A stretch of 64,000 nt of DNA from Elsinoe ampelina (taxonomy: Eukaryota), in NCBI GenBank assembly GCA_010093995.1, contig ML992505.1, positions 1,718,670 to 1,782,669 of the forward strand. The letters run 5' to 3'. Under the pieces are notes generated by a model that had not been told where the DNA came from, made no database searches, and saw only the letters and a list, made by a program, of their open reading frames with translations. The position numbers were made by a program, and so were the translations under genes. Shown here piece after piece: positions 45,725-56,450 of this stretch; position 1 is the stretch's first letter, and every line of letters starts with the position of its first letter.

Positions 45725-47215
45725 TCAAGCCCCGTCTGTTGGAGATGTCCCGAGGTAGCCGCAAACACGAATGGCGCCGGCACCTCCACTCTTCCCCTCT
45801 CGTTGTGCCGCGTAGATGCTGTCGATGGGAGGGCAAGCCACAGCCATCATCTCGATGCCTTGTGTGGTTGCTTGGTCCATCAGCGTCCTAATCTCGTCCT
45901 GCGCCGCCTCGATGTATGTCTCTCGTGCCTCGATCGCAATAAGCCGTAGCGAGGGGTAGGACTTCTTGATGTCCGGCATGATCATCGAAAGTGCCTCGAG
46001 ATCTCGGTCCATGTAATCTCTGGTATGGGAGAGTCTCACTTCTTCCACAGATGATGGGAACCATGACTTGAATATGGTGGCTACATCCTCGACGTCTTGA
46101 CCTTCGTTCCGCCAGATGCATTTGTCTAGTACAGCTACTTGTCGTAGTTGCTTGAAGCTTGCCAGACCTTGAGTAGAAGGCGTGGGGTCTGCCCCTTCGG
46201 CTATCGCATTGTCATCGCCTGTGCCGAGGTAGAAGGTATGGAGGGTTGGCTGGTGAGTGTGGATCACGTCGAGCATAGTATCGACGTCAGGCAGGAGTTC
46301 ATCCCTGAGACGCGGTCGGCCGTCGCTGTCGTGCACCGGTCGGATGTGGTTCTTGATGATCAGTGTTTTCAGAGGCGGAAGTACTTGTAAGATGGCCGCC
46401 AGACTGGCATTGGAGCTTCCTAGATCACATGAATCAAGTTCCAAGGACGTCAGCGCTTTTGGCACTGCAAGGGTGGCCGAGGTATCGAACGACTCCTTGA
46501 TTGATGCGTGCGCGATACGTAGACTCTCCAGCTTCTCAAAGGATGTTGTCATATACAGAGCCTCTTCTAAGGGAAAGAAAAGCTGGAATCGATAGCGGGT
46601 GCCATGGATCGAAAGTCGTCTGACTTGGCTGAGAGAATGTCGGTACTGGTCAGGAAGGTCGTGAGCGGTATGCCTACGCAGCACCTGCCAGACATACGTA
46701 GATTCGAGGTCGTACGGACGCGACTCGTCTCTTGGTCGATCGCTACTGGTGAAGACAAGGTCTAGAACAACAACCGAGGGGAGCAATACGAGAAGCAATG
46801 CTGTCTGTGCATCTTCGTCTCCTTCGAGAAGTCCTCCGCGCCACCTCTCGGCGTCTATCTTGCTCTTGCCCCAAGCATCAGTCAAGCTCACGAGAACTTC
46901 TGTATGCCAGGCCAATTCCCTCGAAGCGTGCCTAAGACCTGGTCTCGGTCGGGAGAAGCCCCATCTACGTCCTTTGGGCGACACCTTCACCGTCCTCACA
47001 TGATCAGCCAGACCAGGTTGTCGAATGATTGTGTCAAGGATGATCGGCAGATTAGTCGCGATCCCGGATGCTGAAAGAATCAGGTGGCGAAAGATGACCT
47101 GTTGGGCGACATCTGTGAAGGCGGAATTGCTTCTTGCCAAACTGCACAATGAACTTATGTCGAGATACTTACAGAAGAGCAGAAGAACTTCTTGCGGAAG
47201 GTCGAAGATTAGCAT
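45725..47215 (-). CDS. F-box / LRR-like protein B
   Basis: MLIFDLPQEVLLLFCKYLD..SLCSLARSNSAF F-box followed by LESLRI, LTSLELDSC, LKTLII repeats. Intronless. Confidence 0.85.
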   Translation of the reverse strand: MLIFDLPQEVLLLFCKYLDISSLCSLARSNSAFTDVAQQVIFRHLILSASGIATNLPIILDTIIRQPGLADHVRTVKVSPKGRRWGFSRPRPGLRHASRELAWHTEVLVSLTDAWGKSKIDAERWRGGLLEGDEDAQTALLLVLLPSVVVLDLVFTSSDRPRDESRPYDLESTYVWQVLRRHTAHDLPDQYRHSLSQVRRLSIHGTRYRFQLFFPLEEALYMTTSFEKLESLRIAHASIKESFDTSATLAVPKALTSLELDSCDLGSSNASLAAILQVLPPLKTLIIKNHIRPVHDSDGRPRLRDELLPDVDTMLDVIHTHQPTLHTFYLGTGDDNAIAEGADPTPSTQGLASFKQLRQVAVLDKCIWRNEGQDVEDVATIFKSWFPSSVEEVRLSHTRDYMDRDLEALSMIMPDIKKSYPSLRLIAIEARETYIEAAQDEIRTLMDQATTQGIEMMAVACPPIDSIYAAQREGKSGGAGAIRVCGYLGTSPTDGA

Positions 47216-47401
47216 TGTGGATGTATGGTCTCGGAAGGTAAGTGTCAGTACTGAAAAGTAACGTGCCTTGTGGACGCAGCCCGTCGTGTGCGAGGCCTTA
47301 GGCTGCCACGTCGCACAGAACGACCTCGAGTGCTGAGATGCTGGTCTTCGCCGTCTATCGTTGACGGAGTCGTCACAATCGCATTGGCACAATCAACAGT
47401 C

Positions 47402-48472
47402 ATGAGTCTGAACGACATACCACCAGAGCTACTGGGTCATATTCTTTGCCATTTGGACAGCCAAGAACTCGCCAATGTAGCGCGCACAAGGGCATCCTTC
47501 ACCGATGTGGCGAGACGATATCTTTACCGGATGCTGTATATGAGGATTGGTCCCGCCACTGTTCACACCATCCAACTCATACACCAGCGACCCGATCTCG
47601 CTCAGAGTGTGCAAAAGCTCAAGCTGGACTACCACTTCAACCCACACGATCCCGAGCATCCATCGGACCCAGACCTCGCGTGCCTCCTCCTCCAGACCGA
47701 CGACGATTCAGACCCAGATGCCAACGCCTCACGAACAAACCCCCCCGAACCCTTCACAACAGCAGCCCTGTCCGACCTCATCTCCACATTCCCCAACGTC
47801 CACCACCTACTCCTCACCAACATCCACGGCAACCCCGCCCCTTGGAAACCCCTCCCACCTCTCGCCCTACCCCGGTCAATCACAACCATCACCATCGACA
47901 CCCCCCACCCCAACCCCCTCATGCCCTCCATCGCCAACCACTCTCTCCAAACCCTCTGCTTCCTCCCCGCCGCCGCGGTCCAAAGCTCCCCTCGCGCCGC
48001 CATCTCCCCCCTCACGCCCCTCGACGACTTCTGCTCCCTCCGCCGTCTGGTCGTGCACGCTTCTTCACTGGCTCTCGACCGGTGTTTCCTCGCCCGGCGT
48101 TGCTTCGGACGGCTGAGCGTGCTGCTGCCCGAGACGCTGGAGGAGGTGCGGGTCACGGACGGGGCGTGTAAGACGGGGACAGTGGTGGGGGCGTGGACGC
48201 GGATGGTGCGTGAGAAGGCGGACAATGTGCCTGGGTTGAAGCTGCTGGTGTTGGAGGAGGTGGAGGGCCATTTGAGTGAGGGGGAGCCGTGGTGGTATTT
48301 GATGCTGGCGGGGAAGGAGATGGGGTCCGGGGTGGTGGTGCTGAAGTATGTATCTCCTGAGGCGGAGGGGTGGGGGGAGAGGCAGGAGGTGGAGCTGTGG
48401 GATGCTTCGACGGAGGAGTTGAGGGAGGGGTGGAGGGGGTTGGAGATCATGAAGTCTAGATACGAATCGTGA
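47402..48472 (+). CDS. F-box / LRR-like protein C
   Basis: MSLNDIPPELLGHILCHLDSQELANVARTRASF F-box; LPETLEEVRV and PGLKLLVL C-terminal motifs. Intronless. Confidence 0.85.
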   Translation: MSLNDIPPELLGHILCHLDSQELANVARTRASFTDVARRYLYRMLYMRIGPATVHTIQLIHQRPDLAQSVQKLKLDYHFNPHDPEHPSDPDLACLLLQTDDDSDPDANASRTNPPEPFTTAALSDLISTFPNVHHLLLTNIHGNPAPWKPLPPLALPRSITTITIDTPHPNPLMPSIANHSLQTLCFLPAAAVQSSPRAAISPLTPLDDFCSLRRLVVHASSLALDRCFLARRCFGRLSVLLPETLEEVRVTDGACKTGTVVGAWTRMVREKADNVPGLKLLVLEEVEGHLSEGEPWWYLMLAGKEMGSGVVVLKYVSPEAEGWGERQEVELWDASTEELREGWRGLEIMKSRYES

Positions 48473-48478
48473 TTGGAT

Positions 48479-49882
48479 CTAGTCCCAGTACTTGATGCTT
48501 CCGTCTTGGCCGGCTGTGACGACCTTGCTGGTCTCTCTTGGATGCCATCTGACGCCCGTGACAACGCCTTCTGAAGCCTTGACTTTCTGCACCAGCTTTC
48601 CCGTCTTCCAATCCCAGAAGACCACAAAGCCACCACTGTCTCCTGAAGCCAACAGCCCGCCATCGGGACTGATGTCCAGCTCCACCGCTGTTCCTGCTGT
48701 GTTGTGGCCCCTGAAACCCTTCTTCCGGTTGAGTCGTACTTTCTCGCCAACGGAATACACCACGACTTGATTGTCCCCGGACTGGTATGCGACATACTTT
48801 CCACTGGGATGAGGAGCACCGCGCACAAGCGCAAACATACTCGGGTCGGCGATGAATTTGATCGGTACTGGGATGTTGTATTCCCATGCTCGCAGACTTC
48901 GGTCGTCGCTGGTGGAGAGGAAACGGCGATTCTCGTCGTACCAGATGAGGGAATTGACCGGCCCAAGATGGTGGTCATACTCTTGCACCGGCTTTGCGAT
49001 GTCTCGATCTGCATCTTTCGAGCCTGGTGTAGGTGTGCGCGGGTCGAATTGCAGAATCTTCTTGTCCGACATGCCAGCCAGGAACTCGGATGTGGTAGGG
49101 TGGTATGCCAGGCAGTGAGGAGTTGCGTTGAGTGGGAAGCGCGATATACATGAGCCAGTCTCAGTGTCCCATAGCTTGATAGTCCGATCATATGAGGATG
49201 AGAGGAATTTTGCGCCAGAGGTGGAGAAGACAATGTCGGAAACAGATTTGGTATGTCCCGAAAAGGTGCGGAGAAGTTCGCGCTGATGGTAGACGTCCCA
49301 GATCTTGATCTTTGTGTCTGCAGAAGCTGAAAGTAAGAGGTGGCCTGAGGAAGGGAAGAAGCGCATCTGTGTTATGTTGGCAGTATGCGACTTGTAGGTA
49401 TGGATGACCTTCTTGGGCACAAAGTTCTTGATGTCGGAGATGTCGCCTTTCAGATCGATATTGAGATCTTGCGGTACATGCATGTATGTTCGCCCCTGAT
49501 AGTCGTATTGCTGGCTTCCGTGGAACTCTGTCGTTTCTTTCTCCGCGCTGATTTCCTGGTATGCTGTACCGGCTTTTGAAGGTGCAGCTACGGGATTTGG
49601 CAATATCTCGTCCTCTTCGTACTCGACTTCGACCTCTTCTTCCGACCCAGAGCTGGCGTCCGGTTGTTCTTCTTCATATTTCGCCCATGGTCCCTTGTAT
49701 GCGCTGGCACCATACACGACACCGGAATCTCCCTTGCCTTCTCGTTTTCGCTTCTTGTTCGGAGGACCTTGATTCGACTCTATTGATCGGTGTGCTGACC
49801 TGAAGGACGTTTCGCTGATTGCGATTTCATCGGCGAATCCAGTAGGCACTCTACCCTTCGTGCTTGTATTTGTTAGGGCCAT
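48479..49882 (-). CDS. PRP17: Pre-mRNA splicing factor Prp17/Cdc40 (WD40)
   Basis: YKGPWAKY, TEFHGSQQYDYQGRTYMHVP, WD repeats, QEYDHHLGPVN, FLSTSDD.SLRAWEY, NRKKGFRGH, WHPRETSKV, IKYWD*. Confidence 0.95.
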   Translation of the reverse strand: MALTNTSTKGRVPTGFADEIAISETSFRSAHRSIESNQGPPNKKRKREGKGDSGVVYGASAYKGPWAKYEEEQPDASSGSEEEVEVEYEEDEILPNPVAAPSKAGTAYQEISAEKETTEFHGSQQYDYQGRTYMHVPQDLNIDLKGDISDIKNFVPKKVIHTYKSHTANITQMRFFPSSGHLLLSASADTKIKIWDVYHQRELLRTFSGHTKSVSDIVFSTSGAKFLSSSYDRTIKLWDTETGSCISRFPLNATPHCLAYHPTTSEFLAGMSDKKILQFDPRTPTPGSKDADRDIAKPVQEYDHHLGPVNSLIWYDENRRFLSTSDDRSLRAWEYNIPVPIKFIADPSMFALVRGAPHPSGKYVAYQSGDNQVVVYSVGEKVRLNRKKGFRGHNTAGTAVELDISPDGGLLASGDSGGFVVFWDWKTGKLVQKVKASEGVVTGVRWHPRETSKVVTAGQDGSIKYWD

Positions 49883-50316
49883 CGCGGAGCTTTGTTCAAC
49901 GTGAGCGCATGTTTGGTGTTGGCATGGGAAAGTGAAGTCTGAACCTTGAAGCATGACTAAGCAAATTTATTTTGGCACGAAGCATGTGACGGTCAAGAAG
50001 TGAAGGGACCTCAACTGCGGACATGAGGTAGGTCATCTACATTGTCACCAAAGGTCTACAGTGCTGGGAAAATATCACTACGAGCGCATCTGCCGCCCAC
50101 TCATTATTCATGTTGACAGCCACCGTCACACGACGATTCAGCCCTTGGACCGACCCTACTGTCATGGTATCTGTCCTGGTATCCTTCTCTGTGCATCTTC
50201 CACTCTGCTCCTACTCGACTTTCAAGACTGCCACCACCCTTGACTATTCCATCGCTTGCGCATTACAGCTCGTCCTACAGGTCGACGCGGAAAGTTGAGT
50301 TGTCCAAGGAATCCGT

Positions 50317-50929
50317 CTAGTGTGTCTCGTCCCTGATCAGAGCTACTATCATACTGTACAGGTAGAAGAAGAACATGACCAAGTGGAAGCCGAGCTTGAT
50401 AAATGATTCCTGTGGAATTGGTAAGTTTCGCTAGAGCGGAAGGAATGAGGTCGACAAACCTTTTTGTGCACGTTCAGTTTTCTGAAGATCTCTGTCGCGT
50501 CAAGCAGATGCTGGTTCTCGAAGATCCTGCAGAATGTCAGTCAGCCATTCTCCCAGCCATGCCAGTCCTGATGCTTACTTCTTCGCGTTCCAGGCGACAA
50601 GCGGCAGATTCAGAATCAAAGCTACCCAGTAGCCATTGATCAAGAACAGTACGGTCAGGAAGGCGTGGACGGCGGCTTCAGGGATAATGTAGGTGTTGAG
50701 GCGGTTGCACAAGTCGATAGGGTTGATGTAGTCACTGTCGACTGTCAGCGGGGTCATCCTCGGACGTCTGCTCTTGCTGCACGAGCAAAGTCTCGCGCTT
50801 CATGCTCCCGGGCACTTGAAGTACGTACCATTCGAGATCGCTGTACATGATGGTGAAGAAGACTTGGAGGAAGAGGTTGACCGCGTTTATGAGGACGGCT
50901 ATCAAATATAGCCATGCTTCTCCCGACAT
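50317..50929 (-). CDS. ERV14: ER-derived vesicle cargo receptor Erv14 (cornichon)
   Basis: [69 protein letters not shown]. Three introns. Confidence 0.95.
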
Positions 50930-51493
50930 GTTGGATGTGTGTATGCAAGATCCCTTTCAAGCTCTTAATGGGGTGATGCGACAATAGCAAGTGCTTCGTT
51001 GAGCAATTCGTCTGGTCGTGTGGCTGGATTCAGCTTTGCCAATAACCGTGTACAGGGGAGCCGTCGGAAGGTAAATTGACGAGTCGCGCGCGTCCTCGGT
51101 ATCTCAATGGATGGCCAGAAATGTCGGTCAGTCGAAGATACAGCTGTCCACGAACTTGGCGGATAATGGGTGATAGGCAGCAAAGTGGGTGATGATGGGA
51201 AGAGCTTGGAATTGGGGGAGCTCAATTGGAGACGGGGATCAGCTCACGTGGTGGGAGCAACGACGTCAACGTTGGGCGCCGCCATCCGACATTTGCCCGA
51301 AACTGCACTTCTCGCACTTCAACCTCGATCGAACTTGTTCGTATACCATCACTGACTATCTCTCCTCGACTACTTCTTCTGACACACAAGGATTCGGTAA
51401 GGACAGTATGAAAGAGAACACAACCGTCCATGTCATAACATTGCGCACCATACTCCCTCCGCCCGTTCTGCACCAAGTGTTTGCGTGATGCGC

Positions 51494-51984
51494 TTAGCAA
51501 TTGCCAGGGTCGACACTGTGAAGCTTGATCAGCAATGGTTTTTCACTTCTGCGAGTCTGCCTTACCGGAAACGCCAGCCAGCAACAGTCTGCTCACCACC
51601 ACGGGGGCAGAACCAGATCAACTCGGTTAACTTGTTGATGCAATCGTAGTCGTTGATGTCGAATCCCTCACGGTTGTTCAAGTTCTGCAGCTCAAAGACA
51701 TAGCCCAGACCATTGTCGCGGGGGCACATGGCTTTGGTCTGAGGCGGATTGTACCACCCGGTGAACATGCCCTGGTTGGCAGAGCAAGCATCCCTGGCCC
51801 AGCCTTCAGCCACGCCCTGGGACGATTGCTCACCGGATCCGTAGCAGTAGCAGTTGGGGCAGTCTCTCTTGCCGAGGTCAGCTGCAGCGACTTCAGAGGA
51901 GGTGATCTCGACTGGCAAGGCAGCTGCGGAGGTCGCGCTGATGAAAAGGAAGTCGATGGCGGCGATCATGGAGGTGGTCTTCAT
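51494..51984 (-). CDS. Small secreted cysteine-rich protein (146 aa), Kex2-processed, Y3-like glycan-binding/effector candidate
   Basis: Signal peptide, propeptide ending in KR, 8 Cys in the mature part. A 50-nt intron at 51516-51565 adds the terminal VDPGNC*. Confidence 0.85.
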
Positions 51985-53750
51985 TTTGAAAGAAGGTAAG
52001 ATCTGTCTGAAGGACAAGTGATGGTCTTGAAAGAAGATGGTAGTGTTGTCTTTGCTGTCGAAAGTTGTTGGACGAGAGAGCTTTTCGAGTGCGAGGTAGG
52101 AGGCTTTTATCTTCGTCTGGGTCCGTCTCTGTTGCTCTCGCTCCTCCTCATGACTCTCTTTACAGTCTTTTCAATCTAGCTGAGCGATATTGGAGGGTCT
52201 TGTGATGTTGTTGCTCATTTGCCTTCAGTCCAATCGCTGCTCTCCTCATGCACATGCTCGGTGCCTGCATTGCGAGCCTTACCTCGCCAACCCCTGGACT
52301 CGTCATGCACCAGAGGTCAACTTGGACCTGTTGACGAGAGACAGCTAGGTTGGACCTTGGCATATATCCTACAATCACACAGACTTTCTTGGCATATACT
52401 CGCTGGAGAGTATTAAAGTGCTCTGCAGAAGGTACTGCAGGTGGTCAGTACGTTCAGGCACCTGATCATATCCTGCTCGCGGCTCTTGTAGCTCTTGCAG
52501 TTTAAACGCCCTATGCAAAGTAACCCACATTATATTTCCAAGGGGCTCCGGAGAAGACGGAGACTACGGGGCTCGAACAAGCGGGCAAGTCAGAACACAC
52601 CATGCCGTGCGACATCTGGGAGATTGAAGGGATCAGCCACTCGGTCGAGCAAGTCCATACCATGCTTCTGGTCTACGCACGACCGCCGACATACTAGTAT
52701 CGATATGCGGCTGACCGTCAGAAGGGTCGGCGAGGCAGATTGAGATATCAAGACTAGCGAGACTTGGCAGGCCTCCAAGTAGGAAGGTCATGCCTTGTAA
52801 ACTCGCAAATCAACGGAACAAACCTTTAGACGACTGACTGGATTCGAGCTATTACGCCGCCGTCAAAACGTCCATGCAGGGAACTAACAAGCTCTTGATC
52901 TCCTGGACCCATTGATCACCCGAACTCCATGATTTCTCAGACCCCGAATCTGCTTCACTCCCAATGCCAATGGTCCCTGGTCAAGATCCGAGGCCATGTA
53001 GCATTTACATGTCACATCTTGCATTCAAAATGAACAATACATGCATGCTTGAAGAACTAAACACCTCTCACAATTGACACCTCATACCCTTCCGGCCCCA
53101 TCTCCACGACTTCATCCGTACTACCCCTCGCTCTCCAATGCACTCTACATGCAGCCACTATAAGGCTACCTCCTCAATCGACCAACAACGGCACAGCTAA
53201 CTCACTTCGCACGCCCCGCGCGTCACGCCCCGAAAAGTGGCCGACCCCAACGACGCACTCAGAACAGGCACTAATCACTGGACGCCGAAGCAATATAGTC
53301 CCATTCAAGGCCTCGCAAAACACCCATGCAAGGCCTTAAACACTCTAACACAGACGATTACGTTGCAATCCATGCACCTTCCGCCTCTTCTCATTATCTC
53401 TATAGTGCTTTGCCGGCCTGATAAAATGCCAAGGGCGGAGGTTGACCAAACTCCGTGCTCCATGCAAGGCCGGCCGCGGATCTAGCTTGACGAGGTCGGG
53501 GGCTGAAGCAATCAAGGCGTCAGAGTATTATATATTGCTTGGCCTCTACAGTTGGGAAAAGAAGAGCCTGGACCGCTTCGCAACAGGAAAAGGAAAGGGG
53601 AAAGGGGAGATGTCATGGACTGCGTCTATGTGGTATCTACAAGCCGTGAAAGGGTACAATTATATCCAATAGTATGCCGGACCAGCGACCCCGTTTTGGG
53701 GATATCAACGCCGACCATGCTTTCATCCGTGATGCCGTACTATACAGTGT

Positions 53751-56200
53751 CTATTTTTTGTTCTTCTCGGCCAGTGCTTTTTGGTGCTTCGCTACGAGCT
53801 CTTTCTGGAGCTGCGGTGGGGCGGGCGAGTAATGGCTGAACTCCATGCTAAATTCACCTTTGCCTTGACTGGCCGCTCGGAGTTGAGAGCTGAAGCCAAA
53901 CATGCTGTTTAAGCTGCAGTCGGCGTAGACTGTGAAATCTTCTGGGCCAATCTCGGTATCGTTGATGACGGCGTTGCGCTTGTTGAGGATGCCGACGATG
54001 TTTCCCTGAAACTCATTGGGGGCAGTGACGGTGGTCTTCATGAGTGGTTCGAGGACTTGCGGGCCCGCTCCCATGAAGGCCTTACGGAAAGCCTGTTGGG
54101 TGGCAATTCTGAAGGCCATTTCGGAAGAATCGGTCATGTGTGTGGCTCCATCGTCAATGACCATGCTGGCTCCAAGCACTTTGTGACCTAGCAGTGGTCC
54201 TTTTTCACACGAAGCCTGGAAGCCCTTCTCACAAGCAAGCAAGAACTTCTCGCTGATAGTACCTCCAACGATGCGCTGCTCGAACTTGTTCTCGCTGAGC
54301 TGACCAGTTGGTTCCATAAAGCCCATGACTCTGGCGTAATCACCAGCGCCGCCAGTCTGCTTCTTCAGTAGATGGTCGAAAGGTACGTGACTCTGAATGG
54401 TTTCTCGGTAGGCAACTTGAGGCTGTCCAGTTTCGCAGTCAACCTTGTACTCACGGCGCATCCGCTCAATGTAAATGTCGAGATGCAACTCTCCCATACC
54501 AGAAATGATAGTCTCTTGCGATTCAGGATCGACGTGTACTCTGAAGGTGGGATCTTCTCGTTGAAAGCGAGCCATGGCTTTGCTGAAGTTTGGTGTATCC
54601 TTGGTCTGCTTGGGTTTGACTGATAGCGAGATGACGGGTTCTGGAACGAACATGGATGTCATGGTGTAGCCGAGCGTACCGTCAGTAAAGGTGTCTCCAC
54701 TAGCGCAGTCCACACCGAACACAGCGCAGATCTCTCCAGCTCCAATCTCAGATACCTCCTCCATCTCATTACTGTGCATGCGTACGATACGGGGGACCTT
54801 GACTCGCTTGTCATTCCTGGAGTTGAAGACGTTCATGCCCTTACGTAACGATCCTTGATAGACACGGATGTATGTGAGCTGACCGAAATTGCTCTCTTCC
54901 AGCTTGAATGCCAGACCGACAAAGGGAAGCGAGTTGTAGGAAACCAATTTGACAGGAGCCTCCTCCCGCCTTCGGTCCAAAGCCAGGTTCTGTACTTCCG
55001 AAGGATTGGGGAGGTAGTCGCATACACCGTCCAGCATTGGCTGTACTGATTTGTCCGCAAGTGCTGATCCCATGAATACCGGTGTGAATTTGAGAGAAAT
55101 GGTGGCTCTCCGAATTGCAGCCTTGATCTGATCGATACTTGGTTCCTGCTCTTCTAGGAAGATCTCTGCAATCTCCTCATCGACGTCTGCCAGAGTCTCG
55201 ATGAGCATTTTTCGTCGCTGCTCTGCAACCGGTTTGACGTCTGCGGGAATATCGTCTGTTTCGCGGATGACTTCTCCCTTGGCGCCCTCGTTGTAGATAG
55301 CCTTCATTCTGATGATATCCACGACACCCTGAAATTGATCCTCGGCGCCAATTGGCACTTGCACTGCTGCGGCGGCAATACGGAGCTTATGATTGATCTG
55401 TTCGACGGCCTTGAACGGGTTCGCGCCCATACGGTCCATCTTGTTGACGAAGGATATCCTTGGTACATTGTATCGCTTCATTTGCCGGTCCACAGTCTGT
55501 GTTTGTGACTGCACGCCCGACACCGCACACAGAATCATGACCGCTCCGTCCAGAACTCGCAATGCTCGTTCGACCTCGATTGTAAAGTCAATGTGTCCGG
55601 GAGTGTCGATCAAGTTGATGTGGTATTTCTCATCTTGTCCAGTTTTCGGGTTCTTCTTGACCCAGTCGCAGTATGTCGCAGCGGATTGGATGGTGATACC
55701 CTTTTCTCTCTCGAGATCCATACTGTCCATCTTGGCCCCAACAGCATCCTTGCCTCTTACTTCGTGTATCGCCTTGATCCGTCCAGTATAGAAGAGCACC
55801 CGCTCAGTCGCGGTAGTCTTACCAGAGTCGATGTGTGCAGCGATACCTATGTTTCGGACCTTGCTTAACCTTGCTGCTTCTCGAGGGTCGAGATTCTCTA
55901 TGATAGTTTCCTGCTCAAGCTCCATTGGCTGTTCGAGAGCCTTCTCAAGTCTAGCTTGTTAGCGGTCTTTCTGACAACGTGTATCTAATTCACTCACACT
56001 GCAGCAGCTGCGCCACTCTGGAATCGTTTTGACTGCCATGGAGATGTCCGTAGACTTGTTGGCGACTGACGGGTCTGAAGTGCAGACCATCTTGCTGCTC
56101 GGCCGGTCGTGTAGGACCTTCGAGCAGCTGAAGCAGATCCTGAGACCTGCGCTGCGCGCGAGATGCTACCGCCAGCTCTCGCGAGGCCGAACGACCTCAT
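53751..56200 (-). CDS. MEF1: Mitochondrial elongation factor G1
   Basis: Presequence exon, intron 55951-55997, [56 protein letters not shown]. Confidence 0.97.
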
Positions 56201-56450
56201 CTTGTTTATCTGAAGATGTGTCGCTTTTTTTGACGAGTTATCTCATCAGATCGCGAAGCACCTGAACTTTTTTTCCGCAGGGATCTGGAGAAGCCGCCGA
56301 TCTTTCCCGATCGGGCACTTCCGCGGCTCACCCCCGGCTGGCCTCATCTCCTTCAACAGATGGATTCTGGCGAAGCATTACAATTATACTTGTAACGTTA
56401 TAAGCTACCATGTGTTCAACATCGTTTGTACATGATATATTCATGAATAT

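Noticed and set aside
47570..48450. C-rich and G-rich halves as true inverted repeats (foldback element or MITE)
   Set aside because: Complementarity is only compositional; I could not find alignable inverted arms or target-site duplications by eye.
44526..49233. Long antisense or alternate-frame ORFs (44526-45524, 47629-49233)
   Set aside because: They overlap better-supported genes, and their P/S/T or G/R composition mirrors the skew.
52020..53750. tRNA or Pol III RNA candidate (B-box-like GCTCGAATCC on the - strand near 52845; CACGCCCCG x2 near 53210-53232)
   Set aside because: No cloverleaf or A-box was found; more simply a long promoter plus the MEF1 3' region.
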